Below are positions 27,378-34,444 of a stretch of DNA of 35,614 bases, one piece after another. The DNA is from a virus (Duplodnaviria; Caudoviricetes): positions 1 to 35,614 of IMG/VR virus record IMGVR_UViG_3300028145_000014. One strand, written 5' to 3'. A model generated the notes under the pieces. It saw only the letters and a program-made list of their open reading frames with translations, did no database searches and had not been told where the DNA came from. The position numbers were made by a program, and so were the translations under genes. The first letter of the stretch is position 1. Each line of letters opens with the position of its first letter.

Positions 27378-27393
27378 ACTTACCGCAGTAAGT
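27378..27393 (+). repeat. 16-bp quasi-palindrome copy 5 (ACTTACCGCAGTAAGT) inside a longer inverted repeat
   Basis: Perfect copy; flanks CGGGGA/CCCCCG extend the stem (27372-27399); intergenic downstream of the helicase gene. Confidence 0.95.
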
Positions 27394-27406
27394 CCCCCGT
27401 CTAGTT

Positions 27407-28711
27407 TCACCCGAGAGAACGCGTCGAACGAATGAGCGACTGTTGGTCAGTCATGATCGTGCAGTGCTTACGAGCACGCGTCATGCCGGTGTATAGATTA
27501 CGGCGTGACTGTGCGAAGGACGTAGACTTGTTCAGCAGATAGATGACGTGCTGATACTCGCTGCCCTGGGCTTTGTGTGTCGTTAGCACATATGCGAGAT
27601 CGATCAGTGTCCGCGGGTCCATCTCATATGTTCGACCGTCGGCACGTGTGGCGATGACAAGCGGAGGTATCTCCACTTCTCGATCACCAAAGTCTATTGT
27701 AACAGATCCACCGTCTATGTCAAGCTGTGTTACAACTCCGACTTCACCGTTCATTACTTCGGTGCCGTTGCCGTCCATGTCGTAGATGTTGCTCGTGTAG
27801 ATGACCTTACTGCCGAGTTGCACCTTGATCGGCTGCAACTGATCCTCGCCACGACGTGCACGACGGCGCGGCAACGACATGTAGACAAGATGCCGCTGCC
27901 AGAACAAGTCCTGCACTGCTGGATTGAGCCGAGTCGTGCCGATCCATGACTTGTTCATGCACGTGAGTATCTGGTGGTCGAGGCTGGAGTAGTCGATGCC
28001 CTGGTCCTTCGAGTTGATGACGAAGTCGAGTAGCATGCGCAGCGGTATGTCAGTGAACCGTATGTCGAAGTCCGGTCGCTTCTGTGGGATGCGACCGAGC
28101 AACACCTGACTACCGTTGTATGCGATCCCGCTGCCTTCCTCCTGTCGATGGATCGTGTCGAGTGTAACGTTGGTGAACTTCTCAAGTGTGCGCTCGAACG
28201 GACACTTGACTTCGGCACGCATGGGCAGTCCGTTCTCGATGGGCTTCAACTGATTGACATCACCGAACATGCAGATGCGTGCGCCGGGCTTCAGTGCATC
28301 CACGAGGTTGCCGTAGATTTCCTCGTTGACCATCATGAACTCATCGCACAGCAGAGTGTCATACATGAGTGGTTCGTGCCGTCCGTAGCGCGGTCCGGTC
28401 GATACATCGTAGACGCGTATCTTGCCGGAGCTATCGACTTCCTCATGTTCATGCGGTCGCCCATACCCGAGCAACTTGTGGTTCGTCTGTGCATTGATAC
28501 CGGTCACTTCGCGTATCCGGCGAGCCGCCTTGCCTGTCGGTGCACTACACGCGACTGTATAACCCTGTGCAGTCAACTGTTCATACACTTGCTGAATGAT
28601 CGTAGTCTTGCCGGTCCCTGCTTTGCCCGTCACAGCCACCAGTCGCTTAGACAAATCGCAACAGGCTGCAACCGCTTCCTGCTGCTTCTCGTCGAATACG
28701 ATGTCAACCAT
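27407..28711 (-). CDS. RecD/Dda-like SF1B helicase
   Basis: GKAGTGKT, SAPTGKAARRI, LLCDEF, FGDVNQLKPI, IHRQ, AYVLTTHKAQGSEY, LYTGMTRA; SD GAGGTG. Confidence 0.93.
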   Translation of the reverse strand: MVDIVFDEKQQEAVAACCDLSKRLVAVTGKAGTGKTTIIQQVYEQLTAQGYTVACSAPTGKAARRIREVTGINAQTNHKLLGYGRPHEHEEVDSSGKIRVYDVSTGPRYGRHEPLMYDTLLCDEFMMVNEEIYGNLVDALKPGARICMFGDVNQLKPIENGLPMRAEVKCPFERTLEKFTNVTLDTIHRQEEGSGIAYNGSQVLLGRIPQKRPDFDIRFTDIPLRMLLDFVINSKDQGIDYSSLDHQILTCMNKSWIGTTRLNPAVQDLFWQRHLVYMSLPRRRARRGEDQLQPIKVQLGSKVIYTSNIYDMDGNGTEVMNGEVGVVTQLDIDGGSVTIDFGDREVEIPPLVIATRADGRTYEMDPRTLIDLAYVLTTHKAQGSEYQHVIYLLNKSTSFAQSRRNLYTGMTRARKHCTIMTDQQSLIRSTRSLG

Positions 28712-28719
28712 GTGTCACC

Positions 28720-29127
28720 TCAGAATGGCATATCGTCCGTGCTGTCAACTTGCTTCAACGACATCTCGTCCATGTCTGCGGAGTTGAACTCCGGTGCTGG
28801 CGGTGGCAACAGCAGCGACAACTTATTGCCGTGCTGACGTGCATACTGATCGGCTGCATTGTGCACTGTCATGGACAACACCTCGCCCTTGACAGTCACC
28901 TCGTCACGATACGTCGAGCCGACAGTGATTGTCCACTCGCTCGCATCCTCCCACTTGTAGCGGAATGCACACGCGTTGTGATGCTCGGCCAACCCCGGCC
29001 ACAGTGTGTGCTGATGCACGAACCGTATGCGGATACGCTCACGCACCAGCAACTCAAACTCCAGATCGCTGAGGTGATACGCGAGATAGTTCGCCAACTT
29101 GTCGTCGGACAGATCATGAATGTTCAT
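28720..29127 (-). CDS. Hypothetical protein with SSB-like acidic C-terminal tail (DSTDDMPF)
   Basis: Start MNIHDL (or 29139); 135 aa; Pro linker then acidic tail ending in PF. Confidence 0.7.
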   Translation of the reverse strand: MNIHDLSDDKLANYLAYHLSDLEFELLVRERIRIRFVHQHTLWPGLAEHHNACAFRYKWEDASEWTITVGSTYRDEVTVKGEVLSMTVHNAADQYARQHGNKLSLLLPPPAPEFNSADMDEMSLKQVDSTDDMPF

Positions 29128-29145
29128 TGTGTCTCTCATGTAGTT

Positions 29146-29173
29146 CGGGCCGCCCCACAAGTGAGACGGCCCG
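29146..29173 (-). terminator. GC-rich stem-loop between genes
   Basis: Minus strand CGGGCCGTCTCAC-TT-GTGGGGCGGCCCG pairs fully with G-U wobbles; no U-tract on that strand. Confidence 0.45.
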
Positions 29174-29206
29174 TTGTTTGATTGGTCGGCGTAGTCGTAA
29201 GTCGTA

Positions 29207-29545
29207 TCAGGCAGCGCGCGGTCCCTGCATGCCGGTGATCGCGGGTGTCGCCGGTGCATTCACACGACTGCGACGCTTCAACTGACCACGAAGGAAGAAC
29301 ACGTTCTCCTGTTCGCCGGCATCGACCATACCGAGCATGGTCTCAGCCGAAGTCTCCAGTCCGACGAGTCGAACACGCTTCTTGTCATATGCAATCGGCT
29401 CACCGTTGTCGCCGAGGACTTGCAGGATCACGTATACAGTGCGCGGTCCCTGCGGTGCGCGGGGATTGGCGGATGCACGCCGCCTCGGTGCGGCGGACGG
29501 CTGTGCCTGATCGGCGTTGACTACTGGATTGGGCGACTGTGCCAT
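29207..29545 (-). CDS. Hypothetical protein (112 aa) with basic flexible termini
   Basis: SD GGAG 9 nt before ATG 29545; preceded by its own promoter and palindrome copy 6. Confidence 0.75.
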   Translation of the reverse strand: MAQSPNPVVNADQAQPSAAPRRRASANPRAPQGPRTVYVILQVLGDNGEPIAYDKKRVRLVGLETSAETMLGMVDAGEQENVFFLRGQLKRRSRVNAPATPAITGMQGPRAA

Positions 29546-29570
29546 GTTCTGAGGCTCCATGATGGTGATG

Positions 29571-29586
29571 ACTTACTGCGGTAACT
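29571..29586 (-). repeat. 16-bp quasi-palindrome copy 6 (minus strand AGTTACCGCAGTAAGT)
   Basis: 15/16 match; begins 10 nt downstream of a predicted -10 box. Confidence 0.92.
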
Positions 29587-29596
29587 CCGCAGTCAC

Positions 29597-29625
29597 AATC
29601 TAGAAGTGATGAGCGGTCGATGCAA
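29597..29625 (-). promoter_or_regulatory. Sigma70-type promoter TTGCAT-N17-TAGATT
   Basis: Intergenic, correct spacing, directly upstream of palindrome copy 6 and the 112-aa gene. Confidence 0.6.
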
Positions 29626-29653
29626 CAGTAAATGCCTCGACCGCCCCACTTAT

Positions 29654-30079
29654 TTACGGATGCAGGATCGCATTCGCCTGATGCCGGTCAACGCCCTCGA
29701 ACTTGTCGTGCGTCACCTCGACCCGGCATGATGCGCCGACGAACTGGTTCAGATCAACCTGCCGTGACGGCGCGATGCCGAGTGCCTCGCACAGTAGACG
29801 CATACGGTAGCGCCCTTCGTATGTGTCTGCATATACGACACGATTGTAGTTCAATGTCGTGCCTTCGGGATTGCCGGTCGTGTAGTCAACCGGGTATGCA
29901 TCAGGCGAGATACGAACGGCCAACGCTACATACTCGTTACCGCTCGACTTGCTGATCTTTCGACTTGCACTCACCACCTGTGCAGGGTAGATACGTGCTG
30001 GCAGTGGCGGAGGTGCCTCGGCTGTCGAAACGTCTTCGCTGTAGTCGAGGATGGATGGCAGTGTTGCGCTATCGCTCAT
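29654..30079 (-). CDS. Single-stranded DNA-binding protein, DUF669-like (putative)
   Basis: PLPARIYPAQVVSA...SKSSGNEYVAL...RMRLLCEALG...FVGASCRVEVTHDKFEG pattern; adjacent to the Sak4-like ATPase; SD AAGGA. Confidence 0.72.
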   Translation of the reverse strand: MSDSATLPSILDYSEDVSTAEAPPPLPARIYPAQVVSASRKISKSSGNEYVALAVRISPDAYPVDYTTGNPEGTTLNYNRVVYADTYEGRYRMRLLCEALGIAPSRQVDLNQFVGASCRVEVTHDKFEGVDRHQANAILHP

Positions 30080-30102
30080 GTCAGTTCCTTGTGTCAATCA
30101 TG

Positions 30103-30954
30103 TCAAACTCTGGGGAGGGCGAGCTTACGTCCTCCCCCTTTTCTCCACATGTCAATCCATGTTGCGATGCCGTCTCCTGTGTTGGTTGCTGCATCATACT
30201 TGACGATGAACTCACCGTTCGTCCCGACGCCTCCGTTGAACATTCGAGTCTTCATCGGCGTATAGCCACGAACGGGCCGCACTTCGACACGGCGTGCACC
30301 GTTGTCGAGTTGCGTCAGATGCCATATCTCACTCATGCGCACACCGATGGTGTCAACCATGCGCATCGTGATCGATGGCGTAATGTCCCCAGGCACCTCG
30401 GCAGTCTTGCCGTCCGGCATTAGCACCTGTTTCATTGTGGGAGTATTCTCGTGAAGGATCAGTATTGTGCCGATGTTCATGCGACTGGTCAAGCCCAAGA
30501 TGCTCGTCAATGTGCGCTGCATGCCGATGTTGCGTTGCGCATAGCCAGCCTGCGACGGACTTTCGAGCGAGATGTTGTTGCGTCCTTTCAGTTTGGCTAC
30601 CACATTTAGTAGGAGCATCCAGTTGTAGGTCGTGAGACTGTCGAACACGACGGTCTTGATCTCATGTGCGAGTATGAACTCGCGTAGTCTCAGGGGATTG
30701 TCGCCGGTGAAGTCCTGCGTAATTGAGTGATCGTGTGAAGACAGATCGATCACCAAGCAGTCATCACGGCCAATGAGCGAGATATGTCCTGCGTTGTCGA
30801 ACTGAATAAACAACTTCCGACCGGGAGCACTCGCTGCTAAGGATGTCTTACCGCTGCCTGACTTACCCCATAACATGAAGTTCACAGGCAGTTCAGTATC
30901 TAATGGCTGAGAAGTATCAATGACGGGTAGATTGCCTAGCTTAATTTCTGCCAT
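30103..30954 (-). CDS. AAA_24 / Sak4-like ATPase (recombinase)
   Basis: MLWGKSGSGKTSLA Walker A, TVVFDSLT Walker B, ILILHE; lies between the nuclease and SSB genes. Confidence 0.85.
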   Translation of the reverse strand: MAEIKLGNLPVIDTSQPLDTELPVNFMLWGKSGSGKTSLAASAPGRKLFIQFDNAGHISLIGRDDCLVIDLSSHDHSITQDFTGDNPLRLREFILAHEIKTVVFDSLTTYNWMLLLNVVAKLKGRNNISLESPSQAGYAQRNIGMQRTLTSILGLTSRMNIGTILILHENTPTMKQVLMPDGKTAEVPGDITPSITMRMVDTIGVRMSEIWHLTQLDNGARRVEVRPVRGYTPMKTRMFNGGVGTNGEFIVKYDAATNTGDGIATWIDMWRKGGGRKLALPRV

Positions 30955-30995
30955 GCTCTATCTCCATCATGTGTGGATTGTGTGTTCAAATGCTG

Positions 30996-31035
30996 AACAC
31001 AACTAGAGCATACAGTAGTTAGACACTATGTCAAG
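30996..31035 (-). promoter_or_regulatory. Promoter TTGACA-N16-TATGCT
   Basis: Consensus -35 (31029-31034), -10 at 31007-31012; shares CTTGACATAGTGT and downstream TTGTGTT with the promoter at 34060-34099. Confidence 0.75.
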
Positions 31036-32122
31036 CCTCGTTGCCGTCCGCCATCTTCTCGACGAGACCATGCAGTGGCGACCACTCGACAGTAATCATC
31101 TCGTCGATGGCAGCGTGCTGTTCATCACTGTTGTTATCACAAAAGGGGATGAGTGAGCACGGTCGGTAGTATCGGTTGCACGAGTGTGTGTATTGTGGGG
31201 CTTCGTAAGGGTTGTCGGCGTATAGCTCATACATGGCGACTGTGTTGTTGAGCCAGTGTGCCCACCGCTCGAAGTGGTAGTCATGTCGGATGAACGAGTC
31301 ACGTATGAACCCTCCGTATTCGTATGATCGAGGCATCGGCACAGACAGACCGAGCACGTCGGCGACCTTGATCTGTTCGCCGCTATACACGGATGCTGCG
31401 ACGCAGTAGCCGGTGATCTGTGACGACGTGTGGAACGACATGTGCCACGCCTCGTTCAGTCGAGCGGCTGTCTTGTTCTCATGCACGGCTAGTCGGTCGT
31501 GATGCTGGTGTATCCCGTCGATCTTGCCGGTGAAGCGGAACTGTCGAGAACTTACTGCGGTAACTAGATCACACACAATGTCAAACGGTATCTCGATGCC
31601 CACGTCTGCTGTGTCGTCATGCTGGTCACGTCGCCACACCGGTTGATCGAAGCGCCATCGGTCGATGTAGGCAAGTGCGCATTCTTCGAGGTTGGACAGT
31701 GTCCGTCGCTTGTCACGCGGATCGTCATAGTAACCTGACGTGTTAAGCACGGTGATCGCACCTGACTTGCATCCGTCGAGCGTGCGGAAGTCGCGCACGT
31801 CCTTTGTGATCTCAAGCCATCGTTTCTGACCGAACAAGCGTGCACCGTGGTAACCAAGTGCACCTTGTGATGCCTGACCGAGTGTGCACAGACGCACCCA
31901 TGCAAACACCTCATGCATTGCACTGCCAGCCTCCAACGCGAGCGCACGTCCGCTGTATCGTGGAGACTTGTGCATCTGGTATCGCACAATGCCCCACACA
32001 GGACAGATATTTATAGCCTGGAGCTTCGTATTATCGTAAGTCGGAAGCTGTTTGTCGTCCTCCGTCGCCAATCTGAAGCTGATTGACTGTATTGTATCTG
32101 GCATACCAGGACTCTCGGGCAT
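31031..32122 (-). CDS. PD-(D/E)XK exonuclease, Cas4/AddB-like with putative Fe-S cysteines
   Basis: GSAMHEV, GIEIPF, GKIDGI..HENKT, QITGY; N-terminal CP plus C-terminal CNRYYRPCSLIPFC; SD AGGAGG. Confidence 0.85.
   Translation of the reverse strand: MPESPGMPDTIQSISFRLATEDDKQLPTYDNTKLQAINICPVWGIVRYQMHKSPRYSGRALALEAGSAMHEVFAWVRLCTLGQASQGALGYHGARLFGQKRWLEITKDVRDFRTLDGCKSGAITVLNTSGYYDDPRDKRRTLSNLEECALAYIDRWRFDQPVWRRDQHDDTADVGIEIPFDIVCDLVTAVSSRQFRFTGKIDGIHQHHDRLAVHENKTAARLNEAWHMSFHTSSQITGYCVAASVYSGEQIKVADVLGLSVPMPRSYEYGGFIRDSFIRHDYHFERWAHWLNNTVAMYELYADNPYEAPQYTHSCNRYYRPCSLIPFCDNNSDEQHAAIDEMITVEWSPLHGLVEKMADGNEA
31550..31565 (-). repeat. 16-bp quasi-palindrome copy 7 (minus strand AGTTACCGCAGTAAGT), inside the exonuclease gene
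   Basis: 15/16 match; read as V-T-A-V-S. Confidence 0.9.
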
Positions 32123-32540
32123 GTATGGCCTCCTGTTCAGTGACGAATGTCCCGACCTGATGCAGTATGCCGTCTCGTTGGATACGGACCTCGTATCTAC
32201 CGTCCCGTGTCACGCGGATGTTGGCTGCTGCATCGATATGATCGTTGTTCTGTATGCTTGTGAACGGATCGACGTATCGCAGGTTCTGTCTGCGATTGTC
32301 TAGCTTATTCCTGTTCTCATGATCCACAATGATCTTCTTGGTTATGGGCGTGCCCATGATGTAGTGATGCAGCTTCACTGTCTTACGCCACCAGCCGTCA
32401 TAAGCGGTTCCCTCGACGTAGCCTTTAGTAGACAGTCGCCATGTCAATTCACTAAGTAACCATTCATCTTGCGGATCAACAATGATCCCGATCTCGCGTG
32501 CACGTGCGAGGCGTTCGTCTGGTGACAATCTATTCACCAT
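32031..32540 (-). CDS. HNH homing endonuclease with AP2-like C-terminal domain
   Basis: LHHYIMG...VDHENRNKLDNRRQNLR (HNH_3) and GRYEVRIQRDG..QVGTFVTEQEAIHAR (AP2); overlaps both neighbours. Confidence 0.9.
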   Translation of the reverse strand: MVNRLSPDERLARAREIGIIVDPQDEWLLSELTWRLSTKGYVEGTAYDGWWRKTVKLHHYIMGTPITKKIIVDHENRNKLDNRRQNLRYVDPFTSIQNNDHIDAAANIRVTRDGRYEVRIQRDGILHQVGTFVTEQEAIHARESWYARYNTVNQLQIGDGGRQTASDLR

Positions 32541-32811
32541 GATTGACCTCGTCGGTCATGTCACGTGTGCGTTTCAGTCGCTCGATCTGTTCCTGCATAC
32601 CAGTGCCGATTTGCAGGAATTGTTGTATCAAGTTGCCTTGCTGATCGATGATCTGCACCATCTCACGCAACTGATTACGCGTGCTTGCCCACTCGTCGAG
32701 CAGTCGCTCCAGTGTGTGGATGGTCCCAGGCTCGAAGCCCATCGTGCGTATGTTCTCACGCAACTCGCGTGCACGCACTGGTCCGCCACGGATGATCGGT
32801 GATTGTGGCAT
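32530..32811 (-). CDS. Hypothetical coiled-coil protein (93 aa)
   Basis: SD GGAG; abuts the upstream stop; helical composition. Confidence 0.75.
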   Translation of the reverse strand: MPQSPIIRGGPVRARELRENIRTMGFEPGTIHTLERLLDEWASTRNQLREMVQIIDQQGNLIQQFLQIGTGMQEQIERLKRTRDMTDEVNHGE

Positions 32812-33192
32812 TCATATCTCCATTGCTACTGCCAACCCACGCAGTTTGTTCAACTCAGTCGCCAGCTTCATCTCATCTGCCTCAGCCTTCTCCAGCATCT
32901 TGCGAACACGTGCAACGATGCGCTCGAAGCGTGCCATCTCAGTGCGCATCGTGTTGTCACGTCGTTGTGCCATCAACCTGCGCAGCATGTCGCTGCGTTC
33001 GAGCCGGCGACGACGCAACTCGGCTAGTTGGTTGTCTAGTTCGTTCAACTCCATAAGATCGATGGTGACACGCATGATCGGGGTGTCACCTTGTGATGGG
33101 GGTGTGGCTTCGTCAAGCTCAGTCACTTCGACTGCTTCGTCCTCGTCGTCATCCTCGATGACTGGAGGCAATTTTTCGTCGTCAGTGTGCAT
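32812..33192 (-). CDS. Hypothetical protein, acidic N-terminus plus basic coiled coil (126 aa)
   Basis: EDDDEDEAVEVTELDE followed by Arg/Met-rich heptads; overlaps the upstream gene. Confidence 0.75.
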   Translation of the reverse strand: MHTDDEKLPPVIEDDDEDEAVEVTELDEATPPSQGDTPIMRVTIDLMELNELDNQLAELRRRRLERSDMLRRLMAQRRDNTMRTEMARFERIVARVRKMLEKAEADEMKLATELNKLRGLAVAMEI

Positions 33193-33421
33193 CGAGCATC
33201 AACCGATCGATCTTGAGCCTCGCCTGAGCGATTGCACGGTTCAGTGTGGACGCCGAGCCTTCATACATCATCTCGACCCTGTAATACACACACCAATCCC
33301 ACTTCGCCGGACCAGCGAGTGAACTCGGCTTGAACGTGAGGACAAATCGATGCCCTTTGTAGGCGTGGCTGTCTTGCTTCGGTGCTATGTCATGTCGTTT
33401 CAGTGCGATTACCTCGCCCAT
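33182..33421 (-). CDS. Hypothetical protein (79 aa)
   Basis: SD AAGGA; fills the space after a terminator. Confidence 0.7.
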   Translation of the reverse strand: MGEVIALKRHDIAPKQDSHAYKGHRFVLTFKPSSLAGPAKWDWCVYYRVEMMYEGSASTLNRAIAQARLKIDRLMLDAH

Positions 33422-33445
33422 GTGCTTGGTCCTTGCGTTAGAGAC

Positions 33446-33475
33446 AAAAATAGGCCGGTGTTTTCACACCGGCCC
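33446..33475 (-). terminator. Rho-independent terminator
   Basis: Minus strand GGCCGGTGT-GAAA-ACACCGGCC-TATTTTT immediately after the 157-aa gene. Confidence 0.85.
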
Positions 33476-33481
33476 TGTTTG

Positions 33482-33955
33482 CTACTCGTCTTCCCCACGC
33501 TGCACGATGTCCGCATGAAACTCATGCGGCGGGTTCGATTTCTTCGTCGCTGCACGCACGGCCAGATCGAAGTCGGTGAACCCGACCTTGAACTTGCTCG
33601 TTATGATGTCACGCAGCAACGACATGTCAACACGATCATGAGGCTCGCTCGTCTTGACATACACGTGCACGATGTCGTCGCGGAACAACTCTTTGAAGAT
33701 GCCACCATGCGTCAGTGGCTTCTTCGTGTGATCGAACATGATGCCGGCTTCGATCGCAGCCTTCACTGCACTGCGATAGATCGACATTGCGCGGTTCTTA
33801 ACCAATTCTGCAACCGCCAAGTCATACGCGATGCCCGACCGATTAGTCGTCTTCTCAGTCGTCGGTCGCTTCGTTCCGTTCGTAGTTCCAATATGCGTCA
33901 CCGCTAGGTTGATCTTGTTCCGTAGCGTTGTCGCACTGAACTTGGTCGTAGCCAT
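33482..33955 (-). CDS. Hypothetical basic protein (157 aa), apparently monocistronic
   Basis: SD GGGAG; has its own promoter, structured leader and terminator. Confidence 0.8.
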   Translation of the reverse strand: MATTKFSATTLRNKINLAVTHIGTTNGTKRPTTEKTTNRSGIAYDLAVAELVKNRAMSIYRSAVKAAIEAGIMFDHTKKPLTHGGIFKELFRDDIVHVYVKTSEPHDRVDMSLLRDIITSKFKVGFTDFDLAVRAATKKSNPPHEFHADIVQRGEDE

Positions 33956-33976
33956 CGGCTTCTCCCATGTGGTTGA

Positions 33977-33992
33977 ACTTACTGCGGTAAGT
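33977..33992 (-). repeat. 16-bp quasi-palindrome copy 8 (minus strand ACTTACCGCAGTAAGT)
   Basis: Perfect copy in the 5' leader of the 157-aa gene. Confidence 0.95.
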
Positions 33993-34059
33993 CGGTCGGC
34001 GCCGTATGGAGCGACACCGACCGACCCACTGTGTTGCTAGTGGGATACCAAATCACTGC

Positions 34060-34099
34060 AACACAAGTATAGTGTAGCAGATTGATACACTATGTCAAG
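34060..34099 (-). promoter_or_regulatory. Promoter TTGACA-N16-TACACT (extended -10 TGn) overlapped by inverted repeat ATAGTGTA-N9-TACACTAT
   Basis: -35 at 34093-34098, -10 at 34071-34076, inverted repeat at 34069-34093. Confidence 0.75.
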
Positions 34100-34102
34100 T
34101 AT

Positions 34103-34444
34103 TCAGCAATCTTCATCATCGTCATCATCTTCGGCGATGAAGCCGGGCACTGTGCCGTCGAGCAAGTTGCACATCTCCTTGAACCCAGGGATGCGATACA
34201 CCGAGCGTTCGTCAGGTGCACGCAACCATGCATGGTTCATCATGTCATACAGCAGGTTCATGTCGCGTGCTTTGATTGCGTCGTCGAACTGCTCCATCGT
34301 GAAGCCCGGCACCGGCGGACCAAGTGCGATCTCAATACCGGCAGTCGGTTGCGGCGCACCTTCACGGAACATCTCGACGACTGCACGTATGTCAGCCATG
34401 TGCGTTGTGAAGTAATCCCATGCTGCTAGATCAGCGTCACGCAT
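34103..34444 (-). CDS. Hypothetical acidic protein (113 aa)
   Basis: SD GGAGG; overlaps the upstream stop; C-terminal EDDDDDEDC. Confidence 0.75.
   Translation of the reverse strand: MRDADLAAWDYFTTHMADIRAVVEMFREGAPQPTAGIEIALGPPVPGFTMEQFDDAIKARDMNLLYDMMNHAWLRAPDERSVYRIPGFKEMCNLLDGTVPGFIAEDDDDDEDC

Noticed and set aside
30076-30106. Tandem TTGACA/TGACATGA repeats upstream of the SSB gene
   Set aside because: No -10 box at suitable spacing; the repeats overlap a stop codon, SD and start codon.
31031-32122. Cas4-like gene as evidence of a CRISPR-Cas system
   Set aside because: No cas1/cas2 or array; its context (Sak4, SSB) is the usual phage recombination module.
5133-33992. Palindrome copies as a CRISPR array or transposon ends
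   Set aside because: Copies are 2-9 kb apart with no spacer periodicity, no transposase and no target duplications.
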